Positions 19,351 to 28,281 of a stretch of DNA of 38,281 nucleotides are shown here, piece after piece. The translations under genes were made by a program, and so were the position numbers. Location: assembly GCA_043750075.1 (NCBI GenBank), contig JAYVCG010000169.1, positions 1-38,281 of the forward strand. The letters run 5' to 3'. The first letter of the stretch is position 1. Each line of letters begins with the position of its first letter. Source of the stretch: Acetobacteraceae bacterium. GTDB lineage: Bacteria; Pseudomonadota; Alphaproteobacteria; Acetobacterales; Acetobacteraceae. The notes beneath the pieces are model-generated. The model made no database searches, was not told the origin of the DNA, and worked only from the letters and a program-made list of their open reading frames with translations.

Positions 19351-19433
19351 ATCTTTATCCCCGCAAATGCGGGGAACACTTTTCACCGTCAGATTGCCTC
19401 GACCACGGTTCATCCCGCTGGCGCGGGTTCCTC
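19351..19433 (-). CRISPR. Degenerate single-spacer mini-array (CreR/CreA-like regulatory crRNA)
   Basis: GAGGAACCCGCGCCAGCGGGATGAACCG (19433-19406) + 26-nt spacer (19405-19380) + GTGTTCCCCGCATTTGCGGGGATAAAGAT (19379-19351). Confidence 0.85.
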
Positions 19434-22211
19434 TCCGATCCACGAAAGACCGGACCGCGCGTCATACCGGGCCACTCTCGCCGCCCCTGATTTCACGCGC
19501 GTCTCGAATCTATACCCTTCTCCATCGGGAACCAGCAAGGCCACCAGGATGGTGTCCAGCGCCTCCCGCTCCCATCGCCCCCAGTGTGCCCTGGCCGACA
19601 GCACGGCCGCCTCAAGCGCCGCCGGAGCCGGGCAGGCCGCGACCAGCCTCTGGGCCACCGAGACCTCGGACAAGGCCCAGGCGCGGCGCGGGTCCGGGTC
19701 GCGGGCATAGGGTACGACCCGCCCCTCCACCATCACCGCGAGGCGCAGCGTGACGTGCGGCTCATTCTCGATCCGGGTGGGGGTCTTCGTATCCGGGTTC
19801 CAGTCCCCGGTGTCCGTGGCATAGCCCTTGTCCAAATCCAGCAGGTTCTGTTTCGCCACGCATGTCAGGGACATCTCGCTGCCCTCGGCGGCGAGGGAGG
19901 ACCGCGCCAGGCCCGGCGGCACGGCACCCTCGGCTTCCCGGTCGAACGCTTCCTCGATCAGCGGCCGCATGTCGTCCGGGGTCACGATCGCGCCCCGCCG
20001 GAACACCGCGCGGGCGGAGCGCCACAGCAGCGCGTGATCGCGATACACCGCGCCCGTGCCGGGCAGGCTGGCCTTGATCCAGTCGCTGGCGGGATCGGCC
20101 ACGGGCTCCGGCGATACAACGAGCAGTTCGGGGCCTGACACCGGCCGGAGTCCGCGCGCATGCCGCCACAGCCGCCCGGCGCGCTGGATCAGCAGATCGG
20201 CGGGCGCCACATCCGTCACCATCAGGTCGAAATCGAGATCGAGGCTCTGCTCGACCACCTGGGTCGCGACCAGCACGCGGTTCCGCTCCGGTCTGGCTTC
20301 CCCACCCCTCCCGCTTCCGGCATCCCCATCCCTGGCCTCCCCGGCCCTGGGATCACCCGCGCGGGGAGGACCGAACACCCGCAGCACCTCGTCCTCGATC
20401 GCCAGCCGGTCCGCCATCGCGAAGCGCGCGTGGAACAACACCGCCTCGATCCCCTGGGCGCGCAGCATCCGGGCCGCGTCAATGGCATCGTTGACGGTGT
20501 TGCGTATCCAGACCACGGCGGCGCCCGCGGCATGGGCGGTGGCGATGCGCTCCACCGCCGCCGCGGCGTCCGCCAGCCGCGTCACCGTCACGCGCCGCGG
20601 CAATCCCTCCCGTGGAGCACAGTACGTTTCCTCCACACCGGCCGCGCCCGCGAGCGTGGCCAGCGGATACGCCCGCCGCTCCGGCCCCGGCGTCCACCCC
20701 GGCGCCCGGAGACCGCCGAGGAAGGCGTTCACCAATTTCTGGCGCGATTCAAACGGCAGTGTCGCCGACAGCAGGATCGCCGACCCGCCCAGGGCGGCGT
20801 GGAAGCGGAGGAGGGTGACGAGTTCCTCGCGCATGTAGGGGTCGAACGCATGCACCTCATCGACGATCAGCACCTTCCCCGTGAGACCGCGCAACCGCAG
20901 CGGCGCGTGCCGGACGGGAAGGACCGCCAGCAGCGCCTGATCCAGCGTCCCCACCCCCACTTGCGCCAGCAACGCGCGCCGCCGGTCGTGCGCCAGCCAC
21001 GCCGCGCAATGCGATTCGGCGGGTTCGTCCGCCGCGTCCACGGCGCCGCGCGGATCGGCCCCGCGTGGTCCAGCCTCACGCGGGCCAGCCTCACGCGGAT
21101 CGCCGTCGATCGCCGCCATGAAACGGGGGTTCAGCTCCGCGCGCCCGTGCGCCAGCGCCAGGGAGGGACGCGCCCCGGCGTCGAACAGCGCCTGATACGC
21201 CGTGGCGAGCCGCCTATGCATCGCGTTCGCCGTCGCCATGGTGGGCAGCGCCAGATACACGCCCTCGGCCCGGCCCGACGCCAGCAGGCGGTGGGCGAGC
21301 GTCACTGCCGCCTCGGTCTTGCCGCTACCGGTCAGATCCTCGATGACGGTGAGGCTCGGCCCCTCCGGCAACGGCACGGTTTCCGCCCATGCCTGGACCG
21401 GCGTGGGGAGCGTGATGCCGGGGAACAACCCGCGCAGCCCGGTGAACGGCGCCACGCGGGCATGCGCCAGCCCGGCCTCCGCCAGCGCCGCCGCCGCGCG
21501 CGGCAAGGCATGGCCCCAGAAATAAGCCCCCGGATCGGTGACGGCCACGGCGGACACATACGGAAACCATTGTTGGCGCGACCCGATCCAGTCCGCGAGC
21601 GTGGTCAGGCCCGCGAGCCGCCACGACAACAGCGGCACATCCTTTTCCCGCATGGGCCGGGGCCACGCCGGCGGACGGAACACCTCCCGCATCGCGTCCA
21701 GGAACTGGCCCGCCGCGTCGTGGCAGGCGGCACAGGCCACATCCGCGTCCAACCGCGCGGGGATCTCCGTCGGCCGTCCGTGATGTCCCGCGACGGCCCG
21801 CCAGAGCCTGTCACGGTCGCTTGGCTTCCAGACCGGCCCCGCCGCCGCGCGCTCCGGCAGCAGATCGGTCAGCCGCGGCGCGAGCGGCCTCGACAGGAAA
21901 TACGCCCCCACCGCGTCGTGGCGCGGCCAGGATCGTTTCTCCATCGGCCACGCCCCCAGCCACTCCACCGGCCAGTGCTCCCGCGCCTGGGCCTGGAACG
22001 CGCGCGAGAACTTGCCGATGTCATGCAGCGCGACGAGGAACCCGAGCATCCTGGGGTCCAGGCGCCCGCCCTCACGGCCCGCCAGCAGCACCGCCACCGC
22101 CGCGACATCGAGGCAATGCGCCACCAGCGGATGCGCCTCTTCCGTGGCTCCCTTCTCAGGCTGGGCCTTACCCCAGAATTGGGCCAGCACTGGCATGATG
22201 TGTTCCCCCAT
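19410..22211 (-). CDS. cas3: Cas3 HD nuclease-helicase
   Basis: FWGKA, HCLDVAA, HDIGK, GHHG, ADWIGS, TGSGKTE, DEVH, SAT, QRAGRLWRH. Confidence 0.98.
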   Translation of the reverse strand: MGEHIMPVLAQFWGKAQPEKGATEEAHPLVAHCLDVAAVAVLLAGREGGRLDPRMLGFLVALHDIGKFSRAFQAQAREHWPVEWLGAWPMEKRSWPRHDAVGAYFLSRPLAPRLTDLLPERAAAGPVWKPSDRDRLWRAVAGHHGRPTEIPARLDADVACAACHDAAGQFLDAMREVFRPPAWPRPMREKDVPLLSWRLAGLTTLADWIGSRQQWFPYVSAVAVTDPGAYFWGHALPRAAAALAEAGLAHARVAPFTGLRGLFPGITLPTPVQAWAETVPLPEGPSLTVIEDLTGSGKTEAAVTLAHRLLASGRAEGVYLALPTMATANAMHRRLATAYQALFDAGARPSLALAHGRAELNPRFMAAIDGDPREAGPREAGPRGADPRGAVDAADEPAESHCAAWLAHDRRRALLAQVGVGTLDQALLAVLPVRHAPLRLRGLTGKVLIVDEVHAFDPYMREELVTLLRFHAALGGSAILLSATLPFESRQKLVNAFLGGLRAPGWTPGPERRAYPLATLAGAAGVEETYCAPREGLPRRVTVTRLADAAAAVERIATAHAAGAAVVWIRNTVNDAIDAARMLRAQGIEAVLFHARFAMADRLAIEDEVLRVFGPPRAGDPRAGEARDGDAGSGRGGEARPERNRVLVATQVVEQSLDLDFDLMVTDVAPADLLIQRAGRLWRHARGLRPVSGPELLVVSPEPVADPASDWIKASLPGTGAVYRDHALLWRSARAVFRRGAIVTPDDMRPLIEEAFDREAEGAVPPGLARSSLAAEGSEMSLTCVAKQNLLDLDKGYATDTGDWNPDTKTPTRIENEPHVTLRLAVMVEGRVVPYARDPDPRRAWALSEVSVAQRLVAACPAPAALEAAVLSARAHWGRWEREALDTILVALLVPDGEGYRFETRVKSGAARVARYDARSGLSWIGEEPAPAG

Positions 22212-22355
22212 GCGCGAGAGCGTCGCGGCGCTCCCCTGGTATTGGTTTAAGGTTCGCGTTCACGGTGAAATAACCTGCGAAAATACAGGGATTTTCGCGA
22301 TTTCGCATATCGTGATCCACCCCATACGACAAACAGACCGGGGCGCCATGAACCC

Positions 22356-24008
22356 TCACCCCCTCCCCTCGCCAGATCGTTCAGCGGCGATGTGGATGCC
22401 TTCGACCCGTCTCTCCGTCTCGATTTCCTCATCGATCTCGCTGTCCGCGTGCGACGCATGCGGCCGGTGCGCGTCGCGGTGCCGCCGCGCGGTGACGACG
22501 CCGGAGACCAGCGCCAGCACCGTCGCCACCGCCACTGGCAGCCATTTCGGACCGTGATGCGGCAGCGCCTCCAGCACCTCCTTCAACGCGGTGTGCGTGG
22601 TCAGGAACGTCAGCATCCCGGCGAACAGGCCGACCACCGGAGCGTGAGAGCGCTCGCGCCGGTGGTGGCTGGCGGCGTCGCGCGCCCGGTCCTGGGCCGC
22701 GCGCTCCAGCGCCAGATCGCGCAGCCGGTCCTCGGCCTGGGCCACGTCGTCCATGATCTTGCGGGTCAGCGCCTCGATGCGCAGGCCGTGGCGCAGCGCC
22801 TCGTGGAACAGGTTATGCGCCGTCACGTGGCTGACCAGCGGCACCCGCACCCGCAGGCGCAGGGTCAGGAACCGGTCCACCAGGCGCCGCAGCGCCTCGG
22901 GCCGCCGCGACAGCGCGCCCTGGCCAAGGTCCAGCAGCCGCGCGTGCTCGTGATACGCCAGGATCACCAGCGGCAGGTAGATGCGCCGCACCCGGTCGTG
23001 GAACCCGGCCGCCAGGAAGGTCGAACCGGCGGCGGCAAGGGTGGCGGCGCCCTCCAGGCTCGCGGCGTGGATCACATCGTCGAACGCGCGGATCACCGCG
23101 CCGCCCAGACGGAAATCCGGCCCTGGGTGGTAGGCGTCGGTGTAATGACGGCTGAGCCGCCAGGCCGCGACCTCGGCGTCCGCAGGCAGCGCGGGCAGCA
23201 GCGCGAAGCAGTAGGCATAGACCCGCTCCGGCCGGCACCTGGCGCGGGCGAGCAGCGCGCCGGTCAGGTCGCGGATGGTGAAACGGTGGAGCGCGGGCTC
23301 CTCGCAGGCCCAGGCCAGGGTGCCGCGCCGCTCGGCGTGCGCCAGGATGTGCATGATCTCCTGGAGCAAGGGCAGGGTGATCCGGTCCATCTCCACCCGG
23401 ACCTCGATCAGCGCGAGGCCGAAATCGTCCGACAGCCGCAGCAGCGCCAGACCGGCGATCCGCAGCGTCACCGCCTCGGGCACCGCGCCGCCATGTGTCA
23501 GCGCGAGCCGCGCCCGGTGCTCCGCGCCCAGGGGCAGGAGCAGGCCGCGTCCGGCGCGGAAGCCGGGGATGCGCCTGGGATCGCCCTCGGGCCGCGCCCA
23601 CTCGCCGTTGACGACGGCGAGGCCGCGCGCGTTGAGGCGCAGGCAGGGCGGCGGCGTGGCCTCCGTGCCGCGTGGATGCAGCGCGGCGAGCACGGCGGGA
23701 TGCGGGGTCTCGGGCAGGTCGAGATGCCCCGCCTCGAACAGAAGCCGCGCCGGTCCCCTGGGGTTGGCGCGGCTGGGGTGGATCAGGCCGGCCATCGCCT
23801 CCGGCGGCAGGGCCTCCACCGCCAGTGTTTCGAGTTCCCAGGCGGCCGCGTCGTTGTAACCGGGGAAATCCAGCAGCAGGTGGATGGAATGATCCCGCAC
23901 CGTGCCGGTGGAGGTACTGGGCGGTGACTCTGACGGGTCCATCACGGCGGCCTGTTCCCTTTGCTCGACGGCGTGTGCCCGCGGGCACGGGCGGCGCGGA
24001 GGCGTCAT
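22356..24008 (-). CDS. CorA-like protein with C-terminal helical stalk and two TM helices (alternative start 23942)
   Basis: YLPLVILAYHEHARLLDL..FLTLRLRVRVPLVSHVTAHNLFHEALRHGLRIEALTRKIMDDV..LRD, then hydrophobic VVGLFAGMLTFLT and WLPVAVATVLALVSGVV; resembles defence-associated divergent CorA proteins. Confidence 0.55.
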   Translation of the reverse strand: MTPPRRPCPRAHAVEQREQAAVMDPSESPPSTSTGTVRDHSIHLLLDFPGYNDAAAWELETLAVEALPPEAMAGLIHPSRANPRGPARLLFEAGHLDLPETPHPAVLAALHPRGTEATPPPCLRLNARGLAVVNGEWARPEGDPRRIPGFRAGRGLLLPLGAEHRARLALTHGGAVPEAVTLRIAGLALLRLSDDFGLALIEVRVEMDRITLPLLQEIMHILAHAERRGTLAWACEEPALHRFTIRDLTGALLARARCRPERVYAYCFALLPALPADAEVAAWRLSRHYTDAYHPGPDFRLGGAVIRAFDDVIHAASLEGAATLAAAGSTFLAAGFHDRVRRIYLPLVILAYHEHARLLDLGQGALSRRPEALRRLVDRFLTLRLRVRVPLVSHVTAHNLFHEALRHGLRIEALTRKIMDDVAQAEDRLRDLALERAAQDRARDAASHHRRERSHAPVVGLFAGMLTFLTTHTALKEVLEALPHHGPKWLPVAVATVLALVSGVVTARRHRDAHRPHASHADSEIDEEIETERRVEGIHIAAERSGEGRG

Positions 24009-24101
24009 GCCGTGGCGCCTTCCCCCTGGGTGGCATCCTGCATACCGCCGGCGCCGCGGGAACGCGATCCTGCTTCAGGCCCGCCGCGCCCATCAGCGCC
24101 G

Positions 24102-27100
24102 CTACCGGTTCCACAACCGCCGCCACCATCCTGGGCGGCGCCCGGCCTCCCCCGCCAGCATCCGCCGCGCGAAAGCGGGCGCGTCTTCCCAGGGCGGCGG
24201 GAACTGATCCCTCAGCAACACCCGCAGCGCGTCCCACAACGTCAAGGCGCGCGCGAAATCCGCCTTGTCCCCGCTCGCGATCCCCCGGTTCACATACGCC
24301 CGCGCGAGATCGTTGCGCCAGGGGATGGGCCAGTCCGCGCCCAGCGTGTCGCGCAACGCCTCCCTCAGCGCGATCGCGCGGTCGTAATCCCCGATCGCCG
24401 CCGCCGCGCCAAAACCAGGGGCGGACTGTTTGGCGTTGCCCCGGTTCATGAAGGCGTTCGCGAGATCGTTGCGCCAGGGGATGGGCCAGTCCGCGCCCAG
24501 CGAGTCGCGCAGTGTCTCCATCAGCGCGACCGCGCGGTCGTAGTCCGCGATCGCCGCCGCCGCGCCGAAACCAGGGGTGTCCTGTTTGGCGTTGCCCCGG
24601 TTCACGAAGGCGCCCGCCAGATCGTTGCGCCAGGGGATGGGCCAGTCCGCGCCCATCGTGTCGCGCAACGCCTCCCTCAGCGCGATCGCGCGGTCGTAAT
24701 CCGCGATCGCCGCGGCCGCGCCGAAACCAGGGGCGGACTGTTTGGCCACGCCCCGGTTCATGAAGGCGGAAGCGAGATCGTTGTCGCGCGTCGGCGCCCC
24801 ATCGGCTGGGCCGCCTCCGTGATGCAGACAGGCGATCAATGTGTTATACCAAGTGACCTGACGCGCGCTCGCGGCAATTTGAGTGCCATGCCGCGCCTCG
24901 ATCCATTGCGCGACATCACACAGCGGGACGGTCGCGTAGCGGTGCCGCTGTGGATCGGAGCCCGCCTGGTCAACCAGCGCGGGCAGCAGGGGGAAAACCT
25001 CCCGCAGCCTGTGCTCGGCGTCCGGTTCCGGGTTGGTTTCCGCCACCATGTCCGCGTGCAACGTCTCCACGGCGTCCAGGCCCAGGGACACCATGCGCGC
25101 GGTGGCGCGGGCGACGGCGGCGGAGGACGCGGCGTGCTCCGCCAGGGCGGGCGCGAACCCCTTCAGGCCGAGGCGGTAGCGTGCCACGCCGCTCCCGCCG
25201 CGCCAGATCCACAAGGCGCCTTGCAGCAGCAGCAGCGCCTCCATCAGCGCGACGCCATAGCGGCGGCCCGCCGCGTCGGCGGGTTCGTCCAGCAGCGCGG
25301 TCTCGGCCAGCAGGCCGATCGACACGCCGGGCCAGAGGACGGGCAGCACGTCCAGCGGCAGGCCCGTCGCCGCGTCCACCAGTGGCGCCCCCGTCATCGC
25401 GTCCCGTGGCGCGGTGTCCGGGTTGAACGTCCGGGCATGGGCGAGGTCCGCGGCCGCCAGCCCCGCCAGCACGCCCAGCAGATCGGCGGCCAGCTTGGCG
25501 CCGAAGCGCGTCTCCAGCCCGGCGATGAAACGGCTGTATATCTCGGTGCCCGAGCCCAGGGCGGCCACCTCGTCCGCCGTCAGGACACGGAGTTGCCCGA
25601 TCAGCAGGCTGAACAGCGAGAAGCGGGAATCGGCCTGCTCGATCAGCGCCGCCACGCGCGTCACCGCCGCCAGGGCGCCGAGATTGACGGTGGCGTATTC
25701 GCGCAGCAAGGCGAGATAGCCGGGATCGTCCAGCCGCCCCTCGTGGATGCCGGAGACGCCACCGGTCAGCGGACCGGCCAGCGCGGGGCCGAGCCAGGAC
25801 GGCGCCTGGTCGCTGGCCTGTTCCGCCACCACCGGGCGGGAGGTCAGCAGCACATACAGCCCCGGCGTCAGATCGGCGGCGCGCGGCAGCAACAGCAGAA
25901 TGCTGCCGTCCACGCGCGGCTCCCCGGCGGGATCGTCCTCCTCCGGACGCGGTTCCACGGCCTCGTCGAGACCATCCACGATCACCAGCAGCCGCGGATC
26001 GGGCCGTGGCGATAGCGCGCGCCACCGGTCCAGCCAGGCCACGAACGCGGCGGGACGGTCCTGGGCGTTCAGCACCTCGGCGGGCGTGGGCAGAAGCTGG
26101 TTGGCGCGTTCGGGAATGCCGAGGGCGGCGCGCAGATCGCCCGCCAGGCCTTGCAGGAAGGCGGCCTGATTCTCCCGGAACTCCTGCCTGCAGAAGAACG
26201 CCACCACGCCGACGCCGCCGCCCAGGGCGGTGTCCTCCGGCCCGCGCGGCGCCGCGATCGGCTCCTCCGGCAGCAGCCCCGCCAGTCCCTGGGCGAAGGT
26301 GGTCTTGCCGACATGCGCCGGGGCCTGGAGCCAGAACACGCCGCGATCGTGCCCCGCGATGAACGCCGCGAGCGGATCGCGCAGATGGCCCGGCGACTGA
26401 TACCGCTGGTCGATGCGCATCCGGTCCAGATGCAGCATCGCCGCGCCGCTGGTCAGCCGCTCCGCCGGGCTTTGTGGAGGAATGGCCTCGCCGATCGCCG
26501 CGAACTCGGCACGCAGTCCCGGATCGTCGGAGTCGTTGATGCGTCCGCGGTGCCCGTTGGCGTAATCGAGGAACCAGCTTCGCCAGTGCCGCCCGCGCTC
26601 GGCGCTGTCGTAGAAGAACACGTCGCGGCGGCCGCATTCCTGGCAGACGCGCGCCGCGACCATCGGCCCCAGATCCAGGACAAGCCCAGGGCCGGTGAGC
26701 CGCACCGGCAGGACGCGGCCGCCGTGGTCATGGTGGCGCGGATCGCCGCGCCAGGCGTCCAGCGCCGCCGCCCCGGTCAGGTCAATCACATCCTCCCCAT
26801 CCTGGGCTTGCAGGCGCAGGCCCTCCCAGGGGTTTTCGGCGCACGCCGCCGCCAGACCGTCGAGCAGGGGGACCGGCCTGTCCCGGACGCCCTGGGGTAG
26901 TGGATCGCCCGGTCCTCGCGCGGCGTACCAGGCGACGAGGGCGGCGGTCTCCGCCGGGTTCGCGCGCATCGCGCCATGGCCGAGATACTGGTTGCGCGCG
27001 GCGGCGAGGCTCTCCAGCGCGGCGCGGAAGCGGTGCCCGTTGCTGAACAGCCGCGCCAGTCCGGCGAGCGGGCCGTTGGGTTCGGTCTGGCTCAGCCGCT

Positions 27101-27749
27101 CCGCGGCGGTGCGCGCCAGATCGTTCCAGTTGCCGCCGCTGGCCTTGGCGACCATCACGCGCATCGTGTGCGCGTCCGGCCCGCCCAGGGTGATGAGGCG
27201 GCGGGCGAGGATGCTGGCGGGGAGCTTGAGCATCGCCTCGCCGGTGTCGCGCAACTGGAGCAACGCCCCCTCCGGCGAGGGCACGCCGCCGCGCCCGTGG
27301 CCGTCGAGCGTGTCCGCCAGGGCCCGGACCTCATGCGCGACGGGCGCTGGCCATTGAGTCAGCAGCGCGTCAAACCACGGCGCGGCGCGGAGGCGGGCGG
27401 CGGCGGCGTGGCAGAGACGCCGTGCCTCGGTCAGGTCGGCACTGGTGGTCAGGCGGACGGAGAGTCCGGCCTCGATGGTCTTGACGCGCGCGATCGCCTG
27501 TTCCTCGTCCTCCGCCGACAGGCGCGCGAGCTGGAGGACGAGGCCCGCCTGCCGCACGAACGCCTCCCTTCCGCCCGCCTCGGTGTCGCGGCGGGTCTGG
27601 TCGAGGGCGTCCAGGACGGTGGCGAGATCGGTCAGGCGCGTGGTCCGATGGTGCGGCGGTGATCGTATGTGGTCCGAAATGGGAGGGGAAGCGGTGGCGG
27701 GATGGCGGCGCCCTGACGGTGCCCCGCCAGGACGTGGAGCGGCGAGCAT
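24102..27749 (-). CDS. STAND/NACHT-like NTPase with N-terminal HEPN-like and CxxC region and C-terminal TPRs (start uncertain)
   Basis: RNQYLGH (26996-26976), CQEC, Walker A APAHVGKT (26324-26301), Walker B LLVIVDGLDE, LLTSRP, TPR-like NDLA.AF.NRG..K..AIADYDRAIAL repeats. Confidence 0.8.
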   Translation of the reverse strand: MLAAPRPGGAPSGRRHPATASPPISDHIRSPPHHRTTRLTDLATVLDALDQTRRDTEAGGREAFVRQAGLVLQLARLSAEDEEQAIARVKTIEAGLSVRLTTSADLTEARRLCHAAAARLRAAPWFDALLTQWPAPVAHEVRALADTLDGHGRGGVPSPEGALLQLRDTGEAMLKLPASILARRLITLGGPDAHTMRVMVAKASGGNWNDLARTAAERLSQTEPNGPLAGLARLFSNGHRFRAALESLAAARNQYLGHGAMRANPAETAALVAWYAARGPGDPLPQGVRDRPVPLLDGLAAACAENPWEGLRLQAQDGEDVIDLTGAAALDAWRGDPRHHDHGGRVLPVRLTGPGLVLDLGPMVAARVCQECGRRDVFFYDSAERGRHWRSWFLDYANGHRGRINDSDDPGLRAEFAAIGEAIPPQSPAERLTSGAAMLHLDRMRIDQRYQSPGHLRDPLAAFIAGHDRGVFWLQAPAHVGKTTFAQGLAGLLPEEPIAAPRGPEDTALGGGVGVVAFFCRQEFRENQAAFLQGLAGDLRAALGIPERANQLLPTPAEVLNAQDRPAAFVAWLDRWRALSPRPDPRLLVIVDGLDEAVEPRPEEDDPAGEPRVDGSILLLLPRAADLTPGLYVLLTSRPVVAEQASDQAPSWLGPALAGPLTGGVSGIHEGRLDDPGYLALLREYATVNLGALAAVTRVAALIEQADSRFSLFSLLIGQLRVLTADEVAALGSGTEIYSRFIAGLETRFGAKLAADLLGVLAGLAAADLAHARTFNPDTAPRDAMTGAPLVDAATGLPLDVLPVLWPGVSIGLLAETALLDEPADAAGRRYGVALMEALLLLQGALWIWRGGSGVARYRLGLKGFAPALAEHAASSAAVARATARMVSLGLDAVETLHADMVAETNPEPDAEHRLREVFPLLPALVDQAGSDPQRHRYATVPLCDVAQWIEARHGTQIAASARQVTWYNTLIACLHHGGGPADGAPTRDNDLASAFMNRGVAKQSAPGFGAAAAIADYDRAIALREALRDTMGADWPIPWRNDLAGAFVNRGNAKQDTPGFGAAAAIADYDRAVALMETLRDSLGADWPIPWRNDLANAFMNRGNAKQSAPGFGAAAAIGDYDRAIALREALRDTLGADWPIPWRNDLARAYVNRGIASGDKADFARALTLWDALRVLLRDQFPPPWEDAPAFARRMLAGEAGRRPGWWRRLWNR
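24290..24785 (-). repeat. Tandem 156-bp (52-aa) TPR-like repeats, three full units plus a partial fourth
   Basis: GATCGTTGCGCCAGGGGATGGGCCAGTCCGCGCCC recurs at about 24308, 24464 and 24620. Confidence 0.9.
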
Positions 27750-27949
27750 TACCGTTGATCCGCGCGAGACAGTGAGGACGGAGACGGGACTTTCGTGGTA
27801 TCGCCCGCATTTTCGGCATCAGTGACGACATGATGTTCAATCGCGCACCCATTGCCTTATGAGGGACGCGCGCTTCTGAAGACGGATGAGACAAAGTTGA
27901 GTCCCGCGCGCGAGTACCCTCACATTCGGAAACCCCGATCAAATCCCAG

Positions 27950-28002
27950 GCGTCGCCCTCCGAAGGCGAAGGTCGCACGTTCGAATCGTGTCGGGTCCGC
28001 CA
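27950..28002 (+). repeat. att-like duplicate of the tRNA-Arg 3' 53 bp
   Basis: GCGTCGCCCTCCGAAGGCGAAGGTCGCACGTTCGAATCGTGTCGGGTCCGCCA identical to 10745..10797; tRNA 5' part absent. Confidence 0.95.
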
Positions 28003-28281
28003 GTGATTTCAGCACACTCCCCATCACGCTGGCCGCGATGTGACTGGCTCCATGCTCCCCGTATGTGTCCAACGCGGACCCCGGCACCTCACCCGCGCGG
28101 GGTGTGGGCCACATGCCACTCACCAACGCGAATCCGATGCCTGCTTTCCCGCGGACAGGGAACCCCCGCCCCGCCCCATGCGCGTGGAAAGAGGCCGGTC
28201 CGCCCAAAGGGAACCCCGCATTCCGCCGACGCCCGTGGCGTGCCAGTCTGAGGGACGAACATCCTGAAAGGCCCCCTCACC

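Noticed and set aside
19305-19490. 61-aa plus-strand ORF after AAGGAGGT at 19281
   Set aside because: RBS is ~16 nt from the start and the ORF runs antisense through the mini-array; no further support
22108-22117. 10-nt match (TCGAGGCAAT) of the mini-array guide inside cas3, and a 9-nt match (ACGGTGAAA) at 22262-22270
   Set aside because: Neither has a PAM plus intact seed positions 1-5; short enough to be chance
22200-22220. GTGTTCCCC repeat-like word at the cas3 start; GGGGAACAC words also near 18335 and 34907
   Set aside because: No hairpin or partner repeat; the first is explained as a purine-rich RBS on the minus strand
27950-28002. Second tRNA-Arg gene
   Set aside because: The 5' acceptor strand and most of the D-arm are missing; it is an att duplicate
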